This document shows, one piece after another, positions 9,501 to 17,819 of a stretch of DNA of 64,000 nucleotides. The notes under the pieces were generated by a model. That model did not search any database and was not told the origin of the DNA. It saw nothing but the letters and a program-made list of their open reading frames with translations. The stretch is from Actinomycetes bacterium (GTDB lineage: Bacteria; Actinomycetota; Acidimicrobiia; Acidimicrobiales; Acidimicrobilacustridaceae), in the NCBI GenBank assembly GCA_031415655.1, contig JANOSD010000170.1, forward strand, positions 49,946-113,945, given 5' to 3'. The translations under genes and the position numbers were made by a program. Within the stretch, counting starts at the first letter, position 1; the number at the start of each line of letters is the position of its first letter.

Positions 9501-10196
9501 TGGGCCGAACAAACCGGGCAGGCGATCCCGCAGGCTCAGCCCAGCTTCGATGCGCTCGACGCCATCTCGCGAGTACCGATCTTCCACGCCCTCACGCCCG
9601 ATCGGTTGGCCCCGATCGTGCAACGACTCGTCGCGCAAGAGCTTGCGGCCGGCGCCACGATGCCGGATTCCGAAGGAGCATTGGTACTGCTCGCCCGAGG
9701 CCGTGGCCGGGTGCTCACCCCCGACGGCGTGGCGGGCTGGTCAATCAATGCCGAACTCGGCCCAGGCGACACGTTCGGAGTATCGGCACTGCTCAACGGC
9801 GCCACGGGATCCTGCCTACAGGCGGTGGAGCCAACCACGGTCCTCATCCTCGACACCGACATCATCGCCGGAATCATGGCCAGCGAGCCCACGGTGGCGG
9901 CGGCGTTCGACGGCAACCGGGAACTGTCGGCGGCGCCCCGGGGCGGCACCCGACTCACCCGAGTCACCACTGCGCTTTCTCGTGATGAGCTGGTAGCGGC
10001 ACTCGCCGCTGGTGGCGGCGGCCCCGGCAGCACTCCTGATACGGGGGGCGCCGTGGTCCCCGCCGCACCCGGAGGAATCTACGTTCCTCCCTCGCAACCG
10101 GTGCTGCCCGTCACCCCGATGTCGCCGAGTCGGGCCACGCTCGGCATCGCACCGCCTTCCTCCTCCCCCGACTCCCCCGACAACGAACACTTCTGA
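6528..10196 (+). CDS. Multidomain ABC exporter: N-terminal FHA domain, uncharacterised ~200-aa domain, 6-TM type-I exporter TMD, ABC ATPase, C-terminal cyclic-nucleotide-binding-like domain
   Basis: FHA signature (GRHGDGVRLVDPTVSRRHVRLEV...STYGTYVRG). Six predicted TM helices. Walker A GASGSGKST, ABC signature LSGGQRQRVAIARAL, Walker B ILLLDEATSALD, H-loop ITHRL. C-terminal cNMP-binding-like segment (PIFHALTPDRL...GPGDTFGVSALLNG). Pro-rich tails. Divergent from the kinase gene, ~50-bp spacer. Confidence 0.85.
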   Translation: MAYNLRIEEPGDEPRIVTIDTVAEIGRHGDGVRLVDPTVSRRHVRLEVRADGVAVSDLDSTYGTYVRGHKVTTPVLLQDGERLIAGETTITLLGPAGADRPSFGAPADTGAPAFPTASPSDAPTPSALHATGQFAAPTATPAPPVTAPPPLGATPPPPGSTPSIDPTMLASIPYDSPVAPSVPSQPSPTAPPPGMPQSPTTLGRPTSDGLASIDADGAAIVKYRPGSAGEKAAKAVAVRVKKARRRLEGFGSEGWGTIPTICLVDPFADPSTGELVLDGTIVDAERNEIWMVVTPESPPEPPERALTLLFGAALPAAGELDVLLEGYGLWLAKTPRPDEQLSGVAIVPPTMAEGELRSILSLSLVYFLLDREKEDVLRRTLSSAQPGRLDHAFQEHYGLPIASLMQAWMEKVGGDGPTVKTGQFMKLAWRYLRPYKKKQAEVFFYMLFSLAFATVFPFVTKALFDTVLPEAIANQQVGGIASLLGGLGIAFLVSLLAGLRQAYQSAWISGAVVRDLRSQMFGKLQSLGTGWYKRHQQGDVLTRLFNDVMVLEQGLTTTLREGIFQSLSLVVSSIVMLTLNPLLGIIVLIGAPLVAVVYKTMATGAQSRGLAVQQDTGALMNIAAENYDAEPVVKLFSLQNREVGRFQQLSERLFRSERRLNLYGGLFGLSVNTIVTLLRLVILGLGAYLIVQGSFTVGGLIAFLGVMGEVLAPVTTLTSVGQQVQQSSGALYRIEEILNEQPELVEPPDAQTLPRLAQEIRIQGVDFSYNAERQILTGVDAVIPAGQRVAFVGASGSGKSTIFQLLMRLYDPDEGAVLYDGVDARAVTVDSLRGQLGVVFQDNFLFDTTLRENIAMGKPGCTDEEVVAAAQAAEVHTFIDQLPRGYDTTVGERGGMLSGGQRQRVAIARALVRNPQILLLDEATSALDPKTERAIIGTLNRVGQGRTTVAITHRLTSISGYDTIFVVHEGRIAEQGDHHQLIAAGGLYARLWAEQTGQAIPQAQPSFDALDAISRVPIFHALTPDRLAPIVQRLVAQELAAGATMPDSEGALVLLARGRGRVLTPDGVAGWSINAELGPGDTFGVSALLNGATGSCLQAVEPTTVLILDTDIIAGIMASEPTVAAAFDGNRELSAAPRGGTRLTRVTTALSRDELVAALAAGGGGPGSTPDTGGAVVPAAPGGIYVPPSQPVLPVTPMSPSRATLGIAPPSSSPDSPDNEHF

Positions 10197-10207
10197 GAGG
10201 TCAACTC

Positions 10208-10792
10208 ATGTCCGATCCCTCGACCGTCACCCGCCAGGCGCGGCCCACCCTCGAAGCGATTTGTGTCACGAGTCGTGAAGCCACCACGGCGTCGACGGCA
10301 TGGATGATGGCGCTCGACGACGGTGAGCTGCTCATCGTGGCTGCGGCCTGCAGCGATCCGGCCTTCGGAGCTTCGCTGGTGGGTCGACGTTTTCCGCTTT
10401 CCGATGGCACCGCCGCGATGGTGTTACAGAGTGGTCAACCGGTCGCCCTCCAACCCGGTTCGGCCTCGGTGGCGTCCGATGCCATCGCCACCGCGGTGCT
10501 CGGTCGGCAACCCGCCAGCATTGTTTGTGTGCCCTGCGCCGACGACGAGCGGGTCGTCGGGGTACTGCAACTTGTCGACCGTGCCGATGGCGGTCCCTTC
10601 GGATTCGACGACCTCGAAATGTTGTCGATGCTCGGCACCGTCGCCGGTGCGTCACTGGTCGAATCGGGAGCCGGTCTGCTCGACGTTCCGTCCCCCGAAG
10701 CGCTCGGTCGCGATCTCGCCTCACTGGCTGATGCCGATCCCACCCGGTATGCCGCGCTGGCGCGGGTCATCGAGGTCATGCTCGGACAGTGA
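10208..10792 (+). CDS. GAF-domain protein
   Basis: 194 aa. GAF-like fold signature (VGVLQLVDRADGGPFGFDDLEMLSMLGTVAGASL). Starts 12 bp after the ABC gene stop. Overlaps the next gene by 4 bp. Confidence 0.55.
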   Translation: MSDPSTVTRQARPTLEAICVTSREATTASTAWMMALDDGELLIVAAACSDPAFGASLVGRRFPLSDGTAAMVLQSGQPVALQPGSASVASDAIATAVLGRQPASIVCVPCADDERVVGVLQLVDRADGGPFGFDDLEMLSMLGTVAGASLVESGAGLLDVPSPEALGRDLASLADADPTRYAALARVIEVMLGQ

Positions 10793-11769
10793 CCGACACC
10801 GGCACCAACGACGAACCCCGCCCCGCATGGTCGCGCGAATCGCTCGTCCTTCGCCTGGAGAAGGTGGAGACGATCGAGGAGCTCTCGCGCGAGTGGGCAT
10901 GGGGCGACGCCACCGGCAAAGGGGTTCGCGTCGCCATCGTCGACAGCGGCATCGACAGCACCCACCCGGCGCTCGAAGGTTGCGTCGATGCCGATGCCGG
11001 TGTGGTGATCACCCCCTCGAAGGAAGAGGGCGGGCAGCCCGTGGTGGTGCAGGGCAACCACCCCGACAGCTTCGGCCACGGAACGGCGTGCGCCGGCATC
11101 ATCCACTCCCTCGCTCCCGCGGCGGAGATCACCAGTGTGAAGGTGCTCGGCGGCATGCTGAGCGGCACCTCCGACATCTTCGTGGCCGGCCTTCGTTGGG
11201 CCATCGAACAACGTTTCGATGTGGTCAACCTTTCGCTCGGCAGCCGCAAACGTGACTGGGCATTGGCCTTCCACGAGGTGTGCGATGAGGCCTACTTCAA
11301 AGGTTCGTTTCTCGTAACCGCAGCCAACAACGTGAGCCGGGTCACCTACCCGTCACTGTTCGCATCGGTGGCGAGTGTGGCATCACACACCGGTACCGAC
11401 CCCTGGCGTTTCCACTACAACCCGGAACCCCCAACGGAGTTCCTCGCCCGAGGCATCAACGTGGAGGTGCCGTGGCTAAACCATGGCACCATCACCACTA
11501 CCGGCAACTCCTTCGCCGCTCCCCACGTCTCGGGTCTCGCCGCGCTCATTCGTTCGAAACACCGCGACCTTCAGCCGTTTCAACTCAAGACGGTGCTGTG
11601 GGCCACCGCCAACAACGTGCAGGAAGCCCAAGCACGGGGGGGTGCCGTGCAAGCCCCCGAGGTCGCCGGGCGGTTCACCCAAGCCCTACGTCTCACCGGC
11701 GCGCTGTCCACCAGCCCTCGCTCCACCATGAGCCTGCGGTCCATCCAACAACAACTCGCCGACCCCTGA
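10789..11769 (+). CDS. Subtilisin-like serine peptidase (S8), no signal peptide (intracellular)
   Basis: Catalytic triad motifs VAIVDSGID (Asp), HGTACAG (His), GNSFAAPHVSG (Ser). No N-terminal hydrophobic signal sequence. Start overlaps the GAF gene stop (ATGA). Confidence 0.8.
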   Translation: MTDTGTNDEPRPAWSRESLVLRLEKVETIEELSREWAWGDATGKGVRVAIVDSGIDSTHPALEGCVDADAGVVITPSKEEGGQPVVVQGNHPDSFGHGTACAGIIHSLAPAAEITSVKVLGGMLSGTSDIFVAGLRWAIEQRFDVVNLSLGSRKRDWALAFHEVCDEAYFKGSFLVTAANNVSRVTYPSLFASVASVASHTGTDPWRFHYNPEPPTEFLARGINVEVPWLNHGTITTTGNSFAAPHVSGLAALIRSKHRDLQPFQLKTVLWATANNVQEAQARGGAVQAPEVAGRFTQALRLTGALSTSPRSTMSLRSIQQQLADP

Positions 11770-11795
11770 ACGCTCGCCGCTCCCAGGAGTGACGG

Positions 11796-13400
11796 TCACA
11801 TGCGGCCCAGCCATGGCCGAGTGCGTTCCGCAAAGGGGTGCGGCGAGATCGAATTGGTCCGGTCAATCACCGCTGTGATCTTGCGTTCGTCCCAGCGTTC
11901 CCACGACTGTCCGGCGAAATCGCCGGGTGTGCCGGTACGGGCGAAACAGGCCCAGGATTGCGCCATCGTTCGGTGGACCGATCGGAGCCCGACTCCCCGG
12001 TTGGCCATGAACGTCTGGAGGGACTTCCACGGTGCCAAATTGCCGAACACGTACGCCTGCTCGGCCGCGTGGACGGCACCGAGTTCGTTGCCTTCCGCGT
12101 GAAACGCAAACAGGTACACATACACCGGAGCACTTTGTTCACGCAGTGCATCCGCGAACCGCATCGCCGGTACCGTGAACTTGTGGTCCGTATTTATGGT
12201 GTCGTGCAACACGGTGGCATCGGGATCGTCTGCTGTCGCGGCCGACAGCGTCTTGCGATAGGTATCGATCACCGACGAGTGGTCGCCGCCGAAGAATCGA
12301 GTGGCCATCGATGCAAGGAGCTCAGGCGCTTGGGCGCGGCTGTGCAGACCGACGAAGTTCCACTCGTCGGTAGTTGTTCCGATGATGGTAGGAACCGGGC
12401 GAGCGGCGCCGCTTTGCATTGCCTCTATGGGCGAGGTTGTCAGTAGGTCGCCGTCCACCACCACTCCGAACGGGAGAAACGCCTCGATCGAAGGGGCGAG
12501 CGCATCACCCACGCCCACGGTGAATGTCGCGGCCCGCTGTGCCGCCATCAGGTCAGAGACAGGCACCTGTTGGAGATCAGCGATCGTTCGTGTCTGCAGT
12601 TTGTCGAGCACCAGATCGGCCACGCGCTCAGCGCGTTCCACCGGCAAGGCGAAGTGGCCGGCACCGCTTTGCAACACGGCCTGCTGGAACAGCTCGTCGG
12701 CGCGAGGAATGGCCAACATCGCGGCGATGCTCATCGCCCCGGCGGACGCTCCCACTGCGGTGACATTCGTGGGGTTGCCGCCGAACGCCGCGATGTTGTG
12801 GTGTACCCACTTGAGCGCGGCAATCTGGTCGAGCAACCCCACGTTCCCCGTGATCTGCTCTCCCCCGGGTAGGTGCGCGAGCCGAAGCCATCCGAGAGCA
12901 CCGAGCCGATAGTTGATGGTCACGACGATGACGTCGTGCGCTCCGACCAACAGCGACGGATCGAACGGCTGCCGGCTCCCGGACCCGTCCACGAAGCCGC
13001 CGCCGTGAATCCACACAAGGACCGGCCGGCCAGGCTTCGCCTCAGCAAGAACCGAGACGTTCAGATAGAGGCAGTCCTCGTGAATGACCGATCGGCGCGG
13101 GCCGAACGGCATCCAGAACGCGTTGCCCTGTTGTGGACCCTCCGGAGCGAAGCGGTGTCCATCACGAATGCCGTCCCACGACGGAGCGGGCCCCGGAGGA
13201 AGAAACCGGCGTGCTCCGATCGGGGCCTCGGCGTAGGGAATCGACCGATAGGCAACCGTCTGACCCACGCGCCAGCCGCGGACCTTGCCTTGGGCGAGGT
13301 GGACCGTATCGACGGCGCGCCGGATCGAGGTGCCGCGCTGCGCCGCATTGATGGCCGCGACAACAGTGCGCTCGCCGACCCTTTTCGCCGTACCCGCCAT
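11796..13400 (-). CDS. Carboxylesterase, type B (para-nitrobenzyl esterase-like)
   Basis: IPYAEAPIGARRF N-terminal motif, IHGGGF oxyanion motif, nucleophile elbow GASAGA. Start set at internal MAGTAKRV (13400); the longer ORF-track start adds an Arg-rich extension. Confidence 0.75.
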   Translation of the reverse strand: MAGTAKRVGERTVVAAINAAQRGTSIRRAVDTVHLAQGKVRGWRVGQTVAYRSIPYAEAPIGARRFLPPGPAPSWDGIRDGHRFAPEGPQQGNAFWMPFGPRRSVIHEDCLYLNVSVLAEAKPGRPVLVWIHGGGFVDGSGSRQPFDPSLLVGAHDVIVVTINYRLGALGWLRLAHLPGGEQITGNVGLLDQIAALKWVHHNIAAFGGNPTNVTAVGASAGAMSIAAMLAIPRADELFQQAVLQSGAGHFALPVERAERVADLVLDKLQTRTIADLQQVPVSDLMAAQRAATFTVGVGDALAPSIEAFLPFGVVVDGDLLTTSPIEAMQSGAARPVPTIIGTTTDEWNFVGLHSRAQAPELLASMATRFFGGDHSSVIDTYRKTLSAATADDPDATVLHDTINTDHKFTVPAMRFADALREQSAPVYVYLFAFHAEGNELGAVHAAEQAYVFGNLAPWKSLQTFMANRGVGLRSVHRTMAQSWACFARTGTPGDFAGQSWERWDERKITAVIDRTNSISPHPFAERTRPWLGRM

Positions 13401-13405
13401 CGCCG

Positions 13406-14310
13406 TCAATCGAGATCGTCCGGGAAATAGTCCCAGGAGCCGCTGCTGCCGCGAAACGTATAGGCCACGCTGGCGGCAATCTGCATTGGTGGTGTGGCCA
13501 ACCACGGCCCGAGGAAGTAGTTGCCCATCGGTACCCCGGTCCCGGCGCCGAACAGTCCTGGCGGTTTGCTTCCGAAGTACCGCTCCCAGTAGCGCTCGGA
13601 GAAGAACACGGCGCAATAGTCGAGCAGTACGTACTCATCGATGAACACGTACCCAAAAAGATTGACGTGGTTCCAGAGATTGATCAGCACATCGTGCATG
13701 CTCGCCTGATAGTCGACGTCGATGAACAGCATGGCAATCCGCTCCGTATGGAGCGGCAGGGTGTCGGAGAACCACCCTTTTCGGAAGGTGCACACGTCGA
13801 TGCAGCCGTACTTGGTGATGTTCGCCCGCACCACGTCGAGGCTCCCGTGGAGCCCACCTGCGCTCTCCACCACCCCGAACTTGTCGCCCTCCACGGCGTC
13901 GGGAAGGCCCTCGAACGAGTCGTACAGGATGAGCTCGCGACCCACGATCTGACACACGAGCGACAGGTTGAGGGCGGATCCCCCGAGGAACGATCCGCAC
14001 TCCACCACGGCGCCCTCCTGCTCCGGCGGAATCTCGAGAAGCTTCGCCGCCATCGCCAAGTGCGCCTTGAACGACGTGGCCGTCACCACCTGCGTGGAGT
14101 TCCGATAGATCCGCCAGCCGAGCGCAAACTTCTTCCGCCACGTCATGCCATACGAGGGATGGATACGGCGGTTGTAGAAGAGGGCGGCCACCGTCAGCGG
14201 CAACGTGACGAACTCGTGCACGATCCGGAACCCGTGGTGAACCACGACCTCGAGCGTCGACGTCTCGTGCGGCGTCAGGTCGCGAGCGCGCACGACCTTG
14301 GGGAACGACA
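13406..14310 (-). CDS. TylF/MycF-family (macrocin O-methyltransferase-like) SAM-dependent methyltransferase
   Basis: Family-like motifs VVECGSFLGGSALNLSL and LFIDVDYQAS. Start set at MSFPKVV (14310). Separated by 5 bp from the downstream esterase, likely an operon. Confidence 0.65.
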
Positions 14311-14584
14311 TGGCGGCGATCCTACGAGCTGACCGTTGCCGCGAATCGAACCGGGGCCCGCGGCACGGGATGGGGTGGCAGGTGCCAACCGTCAAGCCGA
14401 GCAAGTCAGCTTGAATCGCCGTATCCGCAACCCAGGCTTTCTGTCCTGGCCTTCGACGCGGGAGCCAACCGACCCAGGTGGGACCGATCCGCCGAACCCG
14501 GCGATCTTCACCCGGACGGCGGCAACCCAACCTCTCGACCCCGCGAAACTCTTTTTCTCGGCATTCGTCGCCCTCCCTTCGACA

Positions 14585-15109
14585 CTATTTGATTTCGCTG
14601 ATGAGGTACTTGATGACGTAACGGGATGGCTGCTTGTAGAAATTCAACTGAAAAACATGGAGGTTCCCGTTGGCCTGCTTCTTCGCCGAAATCTGAGTGC
14701 CGGTTGCGGTCATATCCGCTGTCCATCCCTTGGCCTTGAGCGCCTCCCCGAACCACACCACTACGTTGGCGGGGTCATCGACGCCGGCAACGGTGAAGCG
14801 CACGGAGAGCGTGGCTGAGTTGTCGAAGTTGTTTCCGTCGACGGTCCGCCCTGATCTCGCCGGAGTGAAGTCCCGATCTGTTTCTACGGCACCGGGATAC
14901 ATCAGATCCTTCTCGGGCCGCATGTCACCCTCCCCAGGTCCACGCGAACATGCTGACGTCAACATCAAACACGCGGCGATCGCAAAAACGCCCCGAAGCA
15001 GGCGCGGGCGCGGTGGTCGACGTACGTTAGAAGCGGACTTTGTCGACACGTCAGGCCTCGCAACTTGTTCGGGTTTCGGCAGTGCAACTATCGGTCCCGG
15101 AGCCGCCAT
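14585..15109 (-). CDS. Lipoprotein, paralog 1 of a duplicated pair
   Basis: Lipobox LTSAC after hydrophobic VFAIAACLM. ~75% identical to the downstream paralog. Start codon uncertain (ATG at 15109 or a non-ATG nearer the signal peptide). Confidence 0.6.
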   Translation of the reverse strand: MAAPGPIVALPKPEQVARPDVSTKSASNVRRPPRPRLLRGVFAIAACLMLTSACSRGPGEGDMRPEKDLMYPGAVETDRDFTPARSGRTVDGNNFDNSATLSVRFTVAGVDDPANVVVWFGEALKAKGWTADMTATGTQISAKKQANGNLHVFQLNFYKQPSRYVIKYLISEIK

Positions 15110-15386
15110 CGGCGAGATCGGATCCGTCGCCGCCGGTAAGGCTGTCGTTGCCGGCGTCGCCGAAAAGAAGGTCTGGTCCTGGACCGCCGGAGATGGTGTC
15201 GTCGCCCGAACCACCGTTCAACAGGTCCTCACCCAGGGAACGCCTTGTCCCGAACGATTGCCAGACCATCACCGGCATCACAAGATCACGACGGCCGAAA
15301 CGAACACTGGTGCGCAGGTCGATAACCCAAGCGCTCTCGACCACTCGAAACTCTCTCTCGCGTTCGTCGTGCCCCCCTCACGGGCA

Positions 15387-15911
15387 CTATTTGATCTCGC
15401 TGATGAGGTACTTGATGACGTAACGCAATGGCCCCTCATAGGAAGTCACTTGAAAAATATGGAGGTTCCCGTTGGCCTGCTTCTCCGCCGAAATCTCCGT
15501 CCCATTCGAATTCGTATCGACCGTCCAGCCCTTGGCCTTGAGCGCGTCCCCGTACCAGCCCACCACCGACGAATCATCGTCCACGCCGTCGACGTTGATG
15601 TGGACCGAAAGCGTGGCTGAGTTATCGAAGTTGTTTCCATCGACCGTCCGACCTGATCTCGCCGGATAAAAGTACCGGCCGGTTTCTACGGCACCGGGAT
15701 ACATCAGATCCTTCTCGGGCAGCATGTCACCCTCCCCAAGTCCACGCGAACATGCTGACGTCAACATCAAACACGCGGCGATCGCAAAAACGCCCCGAAG
15801 CAGGCGCGGGCGCGGTGGTCGACCGACGTTAGAAGCGGACTTTGTCGACACGTCAGGCCTCGCAACTTGTTCGGGTTTCGGCAGTGCAACTATCGGTCCC
15901 GGAGCCGCCAT
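15387..15911 (-). CDS. Lipoprotein, paralog 2 of a duplicated pair
   Basis: Same signal/lipobox and conserved C-terminus [11 protein letters not shown]. 5' region nearly identical at the DNA level to paralog 1. Confidence 0.6.
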   Translation of the reverse strand: MAAPGPIVALPKPEQVARPDVSTKSASNVGRPPRPRLLRGVFAIAACLMLTSACSRGLGEGDMLPEKDLMYPGAVETGRYFYPARSGRTVDGNNFDNSATLSVHINVDGVDDDSSVVGWYGDALKAKGWTVDTNSNGTEISAEKQANGNLHIFQVTSYEGPLRYVIKYLISEIK

Positions 15912-15956
15912 CGGCGAGATCGGATCCGTCGCCGCCGGTGGCGAGGGGGTAGTGGG

Positions 15957-17690
15957 TCAGCGTTGGCCCGAACCGCGACCGGCATCACCGGAGGACGGTC
16001 GGCCACCGCTGTTGGATCGACCCGCCGTGGATCCACTTCGCGACCCAGCGCTGGCCGACCGGGAGCCGTTGCCGCGCGAAGACGATGGCGACCCCGTTCG
16101 CGCCGATCCCGAGGACGATCCCGAAGCTGATCGGCCTCCACCGGAAGAGGGACGACGGCCTTGACCGCCTTGACCGCCACCGTTGCCCCTCCCGGCTCCG
16201 CTGCCGCTACTCCCGGCCTTGCGGCGGGGTTGCTGCTGCTGTTCGGTTCGTTGCGGAAGTGCCAAGACGGAGATCACCTCCGCTTCGGTGAGCCGGACGC
16301 GGTCGCCGGGCGCAAGTTGAGCCAGCAGCGCGTCGTTAGGCCGAACCACCGTCGTGGTGGGACGGATACCGGCCTGACGCGCCAACTGGGTGACCTCCCG
16401 GCGTTGGTCTTCGGTGGCCAGCGTGACCACGGTGCCGTCGTTGCCGGCCCGAGCGGTGCGGCCCGAGCGATGCAGGTAGGCCTTGTGCTCCGTGGGCGGG
16501 TCGGCGTGGATCACCAGCGCCACATCGTCGACGTGAATGCCTCGCGCCGCGATGTCGGTGGCCACGAGTGCCGTCGCCCGACCGTCGGAGAACGCCGCCA
16601 GATTTCGAGTACGAGCGTTCTGGGCGAGGTTGCCGTGCATCTCCACGGCCGGTACACCGGCAGCGATGAGTTGACGGGTGAGCATCTTGGCACGGTGTTT
16701 GGTGCGGGTGAACACCATGGTGCGACCGGGGGCCGAGGTGAGATCGAGCAGAATCTCGAAACGGTCGGCGGCACTCACATGCAAGACGTGGTGCGTCATA
16801 GTGGCAACCGGCGACTGCTCCGAATCGACACTATGCGTGACGGGGTTCGACAGGTAGCGCCTCACGATCACGTCGATGCCGTTGTCGAGCGTGGCGGAGA
16901 ACAACAGCCGTTGCCCCTGCTTGGGCGTGCGATCGAGCAGCTTCTTGACCACCGGAAGGAAACCGAGGTCGGCCATGTGATCGGCTTCGTCGAGCACGGT
17001 GATCTCTACTGCGTCGAGTTTGGCGTGTCCTTGGCCGATCAGGTCTTCGAGGCGGCCGGGACAGGCGACGACGATGTCGACGCCCTTGCGCAGACCATCC
17101 ACCTGCGGCATCTGACCGACGCCGCCGTAGACCACCATGGTTCGCAAGCCCAATGGTCGGGCCAATGGTGTGATAGCAGCGTGGATCTGGCTGACCAGCT
17201 CACGGGTGGGGGCAAGGATCAGCGCTCGAGGTCGGCCAGAACGGCGCTCGGTGCCGGATTCCGACAGGCGGGTGAGCATGGGGAGTACGAACGCAAGCGT
17301 CTTTCCGGAGCCGGTTCGACCACGACCGAGCACGTCTCTCCCCGCCAGGGAATCGGGCAGGGTGGAGGTCTGGATGGGAAATGGTTCGTCGATGCCCATG
17401 CCGGCAAGGACTTTGCACAAGGTCGACGGCACGCCGAGGCTGGCGAAGGATCGGGCAATCGATGGCACCGAACTCGCGGCTGACGAAACATCAGCAGCGT
17501 GGGCGAGCGGCGCGCCGAATACGGCGTCAAGAATGGTGGCGGGGATCGGGCCGCTGGACTCGGACATGGTGTCCGAGGGGCTCGGTCGCGCCGAGGTAGC
17601 GGTGGTGGAACGGGAACGGGGGCGGTGAGCCGCCATGAGAATCTCCAAAGTTGGGTGACTGCTGGTGAACGCATCGGATCGCTCCGTCAT
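15957..17690 (-). CDS. DEAD-box ATP-dependent RNA helicase with long C-terminal Gly/Ser/Arg-rich tail
   Basis: Q-motif region, Walker A GTGSGKT, PTRELV, DEAD as DEADHMAD, SAT, HRSGRTARAG. ~130-aa RGG/GS-rich C-terminus. Start may be an internal Met (~17570). Confidence 0.85.
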   Translation of the reverse strand: MTERSDAFTSSHPTLEILMAAHRPRSRSTTATSARPSPSDTMSESSGPIPATILDAVFGAPLAHAADVSSAASSVPSIARSFASLGVPSTLCKVLAGMGIDEPFPIQTSTLPDSLAGRDVLGRGRTGSGKTLAFVLPMLTRLSESGTERRSGRPRALILAPTRELVSQIHAAITPLARPLGLRTMVVYGGVGQMPQVDGLRKGVDIVVACPGRLEDLIGQGHAKLDAVEITVLDEADHMADLGFLPVVKKLLDRTPKQGQRLLFSATLDNGIDVIVRRYLSNPVTHSVDSEQSPVATMTHHVLHVSAADRFEILLDLTSAPGRTMVFTRTKHRAKMLTRQLIAAGVPAVEMHGNLAQNARTRNLAAFSDGRATALVATDIAARGIHVDDVALVIHADPPTEHKAYLHRSGRTARAGNDGTVVTLATEDQRREVTQLARQAGIRPTTTVVRPNDALLAQLAPGDRVRLTEAEVISVLALPQRTEQQQQPRRKAGSSGSGAGRGNGGGQGGQGRRPSSGGGRSASGSSSGSARTGSPSSSRGNGSRSASAGSRSGSTAGRSNSGGRPSSGDAGRGSGQR

Positions 17691-17819
17691 TCACGACGGG
17701 GATCAAACGAGCGCCGCAGCAGTGGTGACCGACTTCGGCCACGCACCAATTGTAGTGGCACGGCAACCGTTTTCCTTGCACCCGATCTCGGCGGCGATGG
17801 TTGACCACCTCCTGTGAGG

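Larger units (their letters stand above)
14582..15946. repeat. Segmental duplication. ~555-bp unit (lipoprotein gene plus its upstream region) present twice (14582-15136 and 15385-15946), separated by a 248-bp unique spacer.
   Basis: Direct comparison: 14941-15136 vs 15741-15946 essentially identical. The coding middle is diverged. Confidence 0.8.

Noticed and set aside
14311-14584. Possible tRNA in the 275-bp gap between the methyltransferase and lipoprotein genes (GGTTCGATTCG T-loop-like string on the minus strand)
   Set aside because: Could not assemble a cloverleaf: acceptor and T stems do not pair, and the span is too short. The string lies inside a spurious ORF extension. No tRNA called.
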